Translations under genes and position numbers: made by a program
Part shown: piece by piece, positions 25,303 to 32,000 of the stretch
Position numbering within the stretch: the first letter of the stretch is position 1
How the letters are laid out: every line of letters starts with the position of its first letter
NCBI GenBank assembly: GCA_002483345.1
Contig: DLHS01000009.1
Location: forward strand, 24,060 to 56,059
Length of the DNA: 32,000 bases
Origin: Bacteroidetes bacterium UBA7662
GTDB taxonomy: Bacteria > Bacteroidota > Bacteroidia > UBA7662
Direction of reading: 5' to 3'
The notes under the pieces: model-generated
What the model saw: only the letters and a program-made list of their open reading frames with translations
What the model was told of the DNA's origin: nothing
Database searches by the model: none

Positions 25303-25310
25303 TAATTTTG
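25303..25310 (+). promoter_or_regulatory. Candidate -7 box (TAATTTTG) for the CoA-transferase gene
   Basis: A perfect TAnnTTTG lies 19 nt upstream of the ATG at 25330 in an AT-rich spacer. No well-spaced -33 TTTG was found. Confidence 0.3.
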
Positions 25311-25329
25311 ACTCATCAAACCATTACCC

Positions 25330-26604
25330 ATGTTTAAAAAAGCCGTAACCCCCGAACAAGCCGTTGCCCTCATTCGCTCTGGTGATCACGTTTACATTCA
25401 GGGAGCTGCCGCCACGCCCCTGCGACTGGTTGAAGCACTCACCGCCCGGCACGCCGAACTGCGGGATGTAGAATTATACCACATGCACACCGAAGGCAAA
25501 GCTGATTATACCCGTCCGGAATTTGCCGACAGCTTTCAGGTAAGCGCTTTTTTTATCGGCGGTAACATCCGGCCATCTGTACAGTCTGGTCATTCTCAGT
25601 ATATACCAATCTTTCTAAGCGAGATCCCTTTGTTGTTCCGGCGTGAAATTCTGCCGGTAGACGTGGCGCTCATCCATGTTTCACCGCCGGACGCCCACGG
25701 TTTCTGCTCTCTTGGCACCTCCGTAGATGCATCTCATGCTGCCCTGGAGAAGGCACGCATCGTAATCGCGCAGGTTAACAAAAAAATGCCCCGCTCACAT
25801 GGCGACGGGCTGGTACCGCTGAGTCGCTTTGACGCCTATATTGAAGTAGACGAATACCTCCCCGAGCACGATCTGGGAGAACCTGATGACATCGAAACCC
25901 TGATTGGCCAGCATGTTGCCAGCCTGGTAGAAGATGGAGCCACCCTTCAGATGGGCATCGGGGGTATTCCAAACGCCGCGCTCAAATTCCTGGGCAACCA
26001 CAAACACCTGGGTATCCATACTGAAATGTTCTCCGACGGCGTACTCCCGCTCATTGAAAAAGGCGTGATCGACGGGTCTCTCAAACGGGTACACCCCGGT
26101 AAAATCGTCTCTACCTTTGCCATGGGCACCCAAAAACTATATGACTTCATCCACGACAATCCACAGGTTGCCATGCTGGATGTACAATATGTAAACGATA
26201 CGGCTGTCATCCGGCGCAATCCAAGGGTAACTGCCATCAATTCAGCAATCGAAATCGACCTCACCGGTCAGGTTTGCGCCGACTCCATCGGTTACAAAAT
26301 GTATTCCGGGGTGGGTGGTCAGATGGACTTTATCCGGGGTGCATCGCTCTCGGAAGGCGGCCGGCCTATCATCGCCCTGCCTTCTCAGACAGCCAGAGGT
26401 ATCAGCAAAATTGTACCTGCCCTGAAAGAAGGTGCCGGTGTGGTCACTACCCGAGCCCACGTTCATTTTGTGGTGACTGAGTTTGGAGTCGTGGATTTAT
26501 ATGGCAAAAACCTGAAACAGCGTGCCCATGCCCTCATCAACATCGCCCATCCCGACCACCGGGAGGCGCTGAGCGAGCTGGCATGGAATCGTTTTGGCAG
26601 ATAA
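25330..26604 (+). CDS. Acetyl-CoA hydrolase/transferase family protein (4-hydroxybutyrate/succinate CoA-transferase-like)
   Basis: 424 aa. It has the N-terminal motif GDHVYIQGAAATP, the HTEMFSDG region (catalytic Glu region), and the family-typical GVGGQMDFIRGA. Confidence 0.88.
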   Translation: MFKKAVTPEQAVALIRSGDHVYIQGAAATPLRLVEALTARHAELRDVELYHMHTEGKADYTRPEFADSFQVSAFFIGGNIRPSVQSGHSQYIPIFLSEIPLLFRREILPVDVALIHVSPPDAHGFCSLGTSVDASHAALEKARIVIAQVNKKMPRSHGDGLVPLSRFDAYIEVDEYLPEHDLGEPDDIETLIGQHVASLVEDGATLQMGIGGIPNAALKFLGNHKHLGIHTEMFSDGVLPLIEKGVIDGSLKRVHPGKIVSTFAMGTQKLYDFIHDNPQVAMLDVQYVNDTAVIRRNPRVTAINSAIEIDLTGQVCADSIGYKMYSGVGGQMDFIRGASLSEGGRPIIALPSQTARGISKIVPALKEGAGVVTTRAHVHFVVTEFGVVDLYGKNLKQRAHALINIAHPDHREALSELAWNRFGR

Positions 26605-26665
26605 GCAACCTTCCGCTGCAACTTTTCAGCCTACAGGGGTGTTCTTACTTTTTTAATCCTACTTC

Positions 26666-27166
26666 ATGGCACAAATCACCCTGGGAGGTACTCCCGTCCA
26701 TACTTCCGGACAGTTACCGCAAAAAGGTCAAAAGGCACCGGAATTTACGCTCACTGGTTCTGATCTGAAAGATGTAAATCTTTCTGACCTGCAAGGTCAG
26801 CGGTTGGTACTCAATATCTTTCCGAGCATTGATACGAATGTTTGCGCCAGTTCTGTTCGTAAGTTCAATGCCGAAGCCGCGTCTCTGGAGAATACAAGAG
26901 TACTGAATATCAGCCGGGATTTACCTTTTGCACACAAACGTTTCTGTGCTGCTGAGGGCATTGAAAATGCCGTTTGCCTGGCCGAGTACAAAAACCATGC
27001 TTTTGGTAAAAACTATGGCGTTGAGATGGAAGATGGCAATCTGGCAGGTTTGCTGAGCAGAGCTGTTGTGGTAGTAGACGAGCAAGGCAGTGTAATTTAT
27101 GCCGAGCAGGTCCCTGAAATTAAACAGGAGCCGGATTATGCCGCTGCACTGGCGGTTCTAAAGTAA
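26666..27166 (+). CDS. tpx: Thiol peroxidase (atypical 2-Cys peroxiredoxin)
   Basis: 166 aa. SIDTNVCASS carries the peroxidatic Cys and RFCAAEG the resolving Cys. The APEFTL...LNIFPS layout is identical in style to E. coli Tpx. Confidence 0.92.
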   Translation: MAQITLGGTPVHTSGQLPQKGQKAPEFTLTGSDLKDVNLSDLQGQRLVLNIFPSIDTNVCASSVRKFNAEAASLENTRVLNISRDLPFAHKRFCAAEGIENAVCLAEYKNHAFGKNYGVEMEDGNLAGLLSRAVVVVDEQGSVIYAEQVPEIKQEPDYAAALAVLK

Positions 27167-27268
27167 TTATCCCCGCTCAAAGCAACTTCACTGCGCCTGA
27201 AAATCATAAAAAATCCCGCTCGGGCCGGACATGCATAAAACCCGTGTCCCGGCATCGGCTGGACAGGA

Positions 27269-28048
27269 TTACTTATTTGATTTAGCCGCTTTTTTTGCTT
27301 CGGCCTTGGCTTTCGCAGCTTCCTTTTTCTGCAAGGCTTTTTGTCTGGCTTTGGCCTTTTCAGCTTCTTTATCCGCTGCAGCTTTGGCTTTGGCGTCAAC
27401 CAGCTTCTGGTCTATTTTTTTGAATTCAAAGCCTTTTTGTTCTGCTGCCGGACCCCATAGTTGGGTATGGTCGTGTTCAAAACCCCGATCTGCCCGGATG
27501 ACTTTCTCTTCGTAAATCTCAATGGAAGAAGTAACATAAAAGGCATTCTTCTTGCCGTATTTACACTCTTTTCTGATGGTGGCCCCGGCATATTTGTTAT
27601 CTCCCTTTTTATTGAAGATAATCGTGCATTCTGCCAGTCCGTTCAGATCAGCTTCTGGATCAAACCCTTCGAAAGGTTCCGGTTTCTGCCATTCTCCGGC
27701 ATAACGCTCCATGTCTGTGAGTTCATAAATAACAGCCTCCCATTGAAAGGCATTTACATCCGCAAAGCGGTAAATGCGCTGACTGATGATGACTTGTTTA
27801 TCATCCGTAATTTCTTCGTACATCCAGATAGCGTCTGTTACCAGATTTTCCCAGATGGGCACCACATAGGCGAAAGCTGCCTGTGCGGTTGTATCCCGGC
27901 GAACCTGACTCTGGTTTTGGTATTTACCCTGAAACCAGTCCGTTATTTTAATCAGATCTTTGGAAAACTTAGGCGGCATAAGAGCCTCGCTTGTCGTGCT
28001 GAACACAGACAGGGATATCATTAGAATCAGGAGCAGCTTTTTATACAT
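27269..28048 (-). CDS. Secreted CpcT/CpeT-like (DUF1001) beta-barrel protein with Lys/Ala-rich C-terminal tail
   Basis: The signal peptide is MYKKLLLILMISLSVFS (start at 28048; an upstream ATG at 28063 is also possible). GKYQNQSQ, QRIYRF, CTIIFNKKGDNKYAGATIRKEC and RADRGFEHDHTQLWGP parallel the FSNQAQA / YRL / C...G...C / DRG.D....WG landmarks of CpcT. The last 43 aa or so are DAKAKAAADKEAEKAKARQKALQKKEAAKAKAEAKKAAKSNK. Confidence 0.65.
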   Translation of the reverse strand: MYKKLLLILMISLSVFSTTSEALMPPKFSKDLIKITDWFQGKYQNQSQVRRDTTAQAAFAYVVPIWENLVTDAIWMYEEITDDKQVIISQRIYRFADVNAFQWEAVIYELTDMERYAGEWQKPEPFEGFDPEADLNGLAECTIIFNKKGDNKYAGATIRKECKYGKKNAFYVTSSIEIYEEKVIRADRGFEHDHTQLWGPAAEQKGFEFKKIDQKLVDAKAKAAADKEAEKAKARQKALQKKEAAKAKAEAKKAAKSNK

Positions 28049-28443
28049 GGTCTTAAATATCATGGGTCTTAAAATTACAACTGTATACTAAACTAAACAG
28101 CTTTCAGTGACATTTTCTTATATCTCACCCATTTTTAGCTGATTTTCAGGCTAGTTGACACCTGCTTTCTTAACCTTCCCTTAAAGTAGGTCAATAAACT
28201 TTTTGCAACAATCTGTATTTCAATTACTTAAATAATTTAAAGGCTGTTGTGCAAAAGTCCAAAATGGTTGTGGACAACGGCGGTCGTTTGTTTTCAAAAT
28301 TTGTAAAGTCGCTGAACACGCTACAGCCCATTCCACTTCGTATTTCACTTGCTATCGGAAGACCAGCCGGTAGAAGGAAAGTTTTTCGGGTTGGTTCTGT
28401 ATCGTACAGCTTCCTTTAACTGACTGAAACAGAGCTAATAATT

Positions 28444-29412
28444 ATGGTTGAGCACATTTTACAAGAGAACAAAGACCGCTTCGTCCTGTTCCCCATCAAA
28501 CATCCCGACATTTGGGAATATTACAAAAAATCAGAAGCCAGTTTCTGGACGGCAGAGGAAATTGATCTTTCTCAGGATCAGACAGACTGGGAAAACCGGT
28601 TAAATGCCGACGAGAAGCATTTTATCAAACATGTGCTCGCATTTTTTGCTGCTTCGGATGGTATTGTGAATGAAAATCTCGCCATAAACTTCCTCAATGA
28701 GGTACAATATCCGGAGGCCCGCTGTTTTTATGGTTTTCAGGTAATGATGGAAAATATCCACTCTGAAACCTATTCATTGCTCATTGATACATACATCAAA
28801 GATCCGGTCGAGAAAGATTATCTCTTCCATGCGGTGGAGAACCTGCCCTGCGTAGCCAAAAAAGCCGACTGGGCTTTGCGTTGGATCAGCAATGGCTCAT
28901 TCATGGAGCGACTGATTGCCTTTGCAGCCGTAGAGGGCATCTTCTTCTCGGGTAGTTTCTGCTCTATTTTCTGGTTGAAAAAACGGGGGTTGATGCCCGG
29001 TCTGACTTTCTCCAACGAGCTCATCAGTCGGGATGAAGGTTTACACCGCGACTTTGCCTGTCTGCTGTACACCCGTCACCTGCAGCATAAAATGGATCCG
29101 GCCCGTGTGGTTGAAATCATCACGGATGCTGTCGAAATTGAAAAAGAATTCGTGAGTGATGCCATTCCTGTCAGGCTGATAGGTATGAATGCCGACCTCA
29201 TGTGTCAGTATATAGAGTTTGTGGCCGACCACCTGCTGACCACACTTGGTTTGCCGAAACACTACCATGCCACCAATCCATTCGACTTCATGGAGCTGAT
29301 TTCAATGGAAGGCAAGACAAACTTCTTTGAGAAGCGTGTAGCTGAATACAAAAAGGCTGGTGTTGGCACCAACCGTGAGAAGCAATCGTTCAGCATCGAC
29401 GAAGATTTTTAA
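28444..29412 (+). CDS. nrdB: Ribonucleoside-diphosphate reductase class Ia, beta (R2) subunit
   Basis: 322 aa. Iron ligands and the radical site are in [26 protein letters not shown] and ISRDEGLH. The N-terminus is eukaryote-like ([18 protein letters not shown]) and the C-terminal tail is acidic (SIDEDF). Confidence 0.95.
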   Translation: MVEHILQENKDRFVLFPIKHPDIWEYYKKSEASFWTAEEIDLSQDQTDWENRLNADEKHFIKHVLAFFAASDGIVNENLAINFLNEVQYPEARCFYGFQVMMENIHSETYSLLIDTYIKDPVEKDYLFHAVENLPCVAKKADWALRWISNGSFMERLIAFAAVEGIFFSGSFCSIFWLKKRGLMPGLTFSNELISRDEGLHRDFACLLYTRHLQHKMDPARVVEIITDAVEIEKEFVSDAIPVRLIGMNADLMCQYIEFVADHLLTTLGLPKHYHATNPFDFMELISMEGKTNFFEKRVAEYKKAGVGTNREKQSFSIDEDF

Positions 29413-29438
29413 TCTGACAATCCTAAACCAGCCCAACC

Positions 29439-31832
29439 ATGCAAGTAATCAAAAGAGATGGCCGGAGGGAACCGGTAAAGTTTGACAAAATCACCTCGCG
29501 CATCGAAAAGATGTGCTACGGTTTAAATCCCGAATATGTAGAGCCCATTGAAGTAGCCAAAAAAGTTATCAATGGTCTTTTCGACGGTGTAACCACCACC
29601 CAGCTTGACGATCTGGCGGCGGAAGTAGCCGCATCGATGACGGCTTTACACCCTGATTATGCCATACTCGCGGCCCGCATCGCGGTATCCAACCTCCACA
29701 AGGAAACGAAAAAATCGTTTTCGGAAACCATGCGCGATCTGCATCAGTATATCGACAAAAAAACCAATTCACCGGCTTCGCTGATTGCTGACGATGTGAT
29801 GGAAATCATAGACAGACATGCCGACGAACTGGACTCAGCCATCATCTACAGCAGGGATTACGATTACGATTATTTCGGTTTCAAAACCCTCGACCGGTCG
29901 TATCTGCTGAAAATTGATGGCAAAATCGTGGAACGCCCGCAGCACATGCTTATGCGTGTAGCCGTTGGTATTCACCGGGATGACATTGAAGCCGCTATAA
30001 AAAGTTATGAGCTGATGAGTGAGCGTTGGTTTACCCACGCTACCCCTACCCTGTTCAATGCGGGCACTCCCAAACCACAACTGTCGAGTTGTTTCCTGTT
30101 ATCGGCACAAGACGACAGCATTGATGGCATCTACAACACCCTGAAACAATGCGCCAAAATCAGCCAGTCGGCTGGTGGTATCGGCCTCAGCATCCACAAC
30201 GTAAGGGCCACCGGCAGTTACATCAAGGGCACCAATGGCACCTCCAACGGTATTGTGCCGATGCTTCGGGTGTTCAACGATACCGCGCGTTATGTAGATC
30301 AGGGTGGTGGTAAACGCAAAGGTTCGTTTGCCATCTATCTGGAGCCCTGGCATGCCGATGTTTTCGACTTCCTGGATTTGAAAAAGAACCATGGTAAGGA
30401 AGAAATGCGTGCCCGTGACCTGTTCTACGCTATGTGGATTCCTGATTTATTCATGAAACGGGTGGAGGCCAACGGTGACTGGAGTTTGTTCTGTCCGAAC
30501 GAAGCCCCTGGTTTGTACGATTGCTGGGGTGAAGAGTTTGAAAAACTCTATCACCGTTACGAGCAGGAAGACAGGGCCCGTCGCACCGTAAAAGCGCAGG
30601 ATCTGTGGTTTGCCATACTTGAATCGCAAATCGAAACGGGTACCCCTTATCTGTTGTACAAAGATGCCTGCAATGGCAAAAGCAACCAGCAGAACCTCGG
30701 CACCATCCGCTCGAGCAACCTTTGCACAGAGATAGTAGAGTATACCTCGAAAGATGAAGTAGCTGTCTGTAACCTCGCGTCGCTGGCATTGCCCCGCTTT
30801 GTAAAGGCCGACAAAACCTTTGACCACGAGCGTTTGTATGAAATCGCGTATACCGTTACCCTCAACCTCAACAAGGTAATTGACGTAAATTATTACCCCA
30901 TTGAGGAGGCAAGACGTTCGAATATGCGTCACCGTCCGATTGGTATCGGGGTACAGGGACTGGCCGATGCATTTATCCTGATGCGTTATGCCTTTGATTC
31001 ACCTGAAGCCAAGGCTTTGAACCGGGACATCTTCGAAACCATCTATTTCGCGGCCATGACGGCCTCGAAAGACCTGGCGATCAAAGACGGAGCTTATGAG
31101 ACCTTCCCGGGTTCACCCACTTCAAAAGGAATCTTCCAGTTTGATATGTGGAACGTAACGCCAACCGACCGTTGGGACTGGGCAAGCCTCAAAAAAGAAG
31201 TGGTGAAACACGGTATCCGCAACTCTTTGTTGCTGGCCCCGATGCCAACGGCTTCTACCAGCCAGATTTTAGGTAACAACGAGTGTTTTGAGCCGTATAC
31301 CTCCAACATTTACAGCCGCCGGGTACTGAGTGGTGAATTTGTAGTGGTAAACAAACACCTGCTCCGCGATCTGATTGAGATGGGTATCTGGAGTCTGGAA
31401 CTGAAAGACAAAATCATATCCGCCAACGGCTCGGTACAAGGTATTGCGGAGATTCCGGACGAGCTCAAGGAAATCTACAAAACTGCCTGGGAGATCAAAC
31501 AAAAAACCATCATCGACATGGCGGCCGACCGGGGCGCATTCATCTGTCAGAGTCAGAGCATGAATGTGTTCATGAGCGAAGTGAATTTTGCCAAGCTGAC
31601 TTCGATGCACTTCCACGCCTGGAAGAGTGGCTTGAAGACAGGCATGTATTACCTGCGTACACGTGCTGCTGCCAATGCGGTGAAATTTACCATTGCCAAA
31701 CAGGCGGAAGTGGCATTAGAACCTAAAACAGCCATTGAAGCAGATGGTGTCGACCTTAGCAAAGAGGAGGCACTGGCACAAATGGCCTGTTCACTCGATA
31801 ATCCGGATGCCTGCGAAGCCTGTGGCAGCTGA
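29439..31832 (+). CDS. nrdA: Ribonucleoside-diphosphate reductase class Ia, alpha (R1) subunit
   Basis: 797 aa with an N-terminal ATP-cone ([20 protein letters not shown]). Active-site segments are SSCFL, SNLCTEI and [10 protein letters not shown]. The C-terminal redox pair is CEACGS. Confidence 0.95.
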   Translation: MQVIKRDGRREPVKFDKITSRIEKMCYGLNPEYVEPIEVAKKVINGLFDGVTTTQLDDLAAEVAASMTALHPDYAILAARIAVSNLHKETKKSFSETMRDLHQYIDKKTNSPASLIADDVMEIIDRHADELDSAIIYSRDYDYDYFGFKTLDRSYLLKIDGKIVERPQHMLMRVAVGIHRDDIEAAIKSYELMSERWFTHATPTLFNAGTPKPQLSSCFLLSAQDDSIDGIYNTLKQCAKISQSAGGIGLSIHNVRATGSYIKGTNGTSNGIVPMLRVFNDTARYVDQGGGKRKGSFAIYLEPWHADVFDFLDLKKNHGKEEMRARDLFYAMWIPDLFMKRVEANGDWSLFCPNEAPGLYDCWGEEFEKLYHRYEQEDRARRTVKAQDLWFAILESQIETGTPYLLYKDACNGKSNQQNLGTIRSSNLCTEIVEYTSKDEVAVCNLASLALPRFVKADKTFDHERLYEIAYTVTLNLNKVIDVNYYPIEEARRSNMRHRPIGIGVQGLADAFILMRYAFDSPEAKALNRDIFETIYFAAMTASKDLAIKDGAYETFPGSPTSKGIFQFDMWNVTPTDRWDWASLKKEVVKHGIRNSLLLAPMPTASTSQILGNNECFEPYTSNIYSRRVLSGEFVVVNKHLLRDLIEMGIWSLELKDKIISANGSVQGIAEIPDELKEIYKTAWEIKQKTIIDMAADRGAFICQSQSMNVFMSEVNFAKLTSMHFHAWKSGLKTGMYYLRTRAAANAVKFTIAKQAEVALEPKTAIEADGVDLSKEEALAQMACSLDNPDACEACGS

Positions 31833-31865
31833 GAAGAGTGTCTAATTTATTGGAATATGAACAAA

Positions 31866-31888
31866 AGGCGCCTCTGGGCGCCTTTTTT
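31866..31888 (+). terminator. Rho-independent terminator after nrdA
   Basis: AGGCGCC-TCTG-GGCGCCT followed by TTTTTT. Confidence 0.7.
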
Positions 31889-31926
31889 CCTGTTTAAAGT
31901 CGTGCATAACTTTTGGAAATTGTCGA

Positions 31927-31956
31927 TTGTACCCAAAAACCGTTAAAGTATATTTG
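31927..31956 (+). promoter_or_regulatory. Bacteroidota-type promoter for the gene starting at 31979
   Basis: TTG (31927-31929), 19 nt of spacer, then TATATTTG (31949-31956, a perfect TAnnTTTG). The -7 box lies inside the palindrome GTATAT-TTG-ATATAC, 22 nt before the ATG. Confidence 0.4.
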
Positions 31957-31978
31957 ATATACCTTAAAACCACCCATT

Positions 31979-32000
31979 ATGAAAAAAATCATTGCATTCG
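31979..32000 (+). CDS. 5' end of an unidentified ORF (MKKIIAF...), truncated by the window
   Basis: An ATG preceded by the candidate promoter, with an N-terminus in signal-peptide style. Only 7 codons are visible. Confidence 0.3.

Noticed and set aside
27200-27262. Bidirectional terminator between tpx and the CpcT-like gene.
   Set aside because: Only an imperfect bulged hairpin (GCCGGACA...TGTCCCGGC) and a 3-4 bp mini-stem before the T-run are present. This is too weak to call.
28064-28443. Cobalamin riboswitch or NrdR boxes upstream of nrdB, and a 50-aa ORF (MVVDNGGRLFSKF...).
   Set aside because: I could find no B12-box-like core and no NrdR-type 16-bp palindrome. The small ORF has no supporting features.

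Overview
This is a chromosomal segment that looks like Bacteroidota, based on lipoprotein and signal-peptide style N-termini, TAnnTTTG-type -7 boxes, no obvious Shine-Dalgarno sites, eukaryote-like class Ia RNR and a 7TMR-DISM sensor. GC is about 50% and coding density is high. No database search was possible; every call rests on motifs read directly from the translations and DNA.

Content from left to right:
- (1) A minus-strand operon with overlapping stop/start codons: 7TMR-DISM hybrid histidine kinase, predicted outer-membrane protein, then S41 peptidase (truncated by the window edge).
- (2) A lipoprotein carrying a duplicated NPxHGQPGHxC motif.
- (3) A tightly packed five-gene minus-strand operon: FabG-like SDR, KAS III-like protein, alpha/beta hydrolase, Na+/solute symporter, adenylate-forming ligase. 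The KAS III homolog keeps the Cys but has lost the catalytic His and Asn.
- (4) Small secreted and membrane proteins, one apparently frameshifted at an 8-nt homopolymer.
- (5) A sigma-54 (NtrC-type) response regulator convergent with, and overlapping, an HK-REC-Hpt-like hybrid kinase.
- (6) A methionine unit driven by a SAM-I riboswitch: metH, an inserted cassette, then metF.
- (7) A lower-GC islet holding a SAM methyltransferase and an orphan lipoprotein.
- (8) A perfect heptanucleotide microsatellite.
- (9) Housekeeping genes: esterase, CoA-transferase, tpx, a CpcT-like secreted protein, nrdB and nrdA.

The most unusual structure is the metH-metF junction. It is completely filled by a roughly 620-bp cassette that encodes a GxxExxY / PD-(D/E)XK-fold protein. 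The cassette is bracketed by inverted arrays of CACGGAGG-type repeats and by TTAA on both sides. It looks like a selfish or processed insertion inside a riboswitch-controlled operon.
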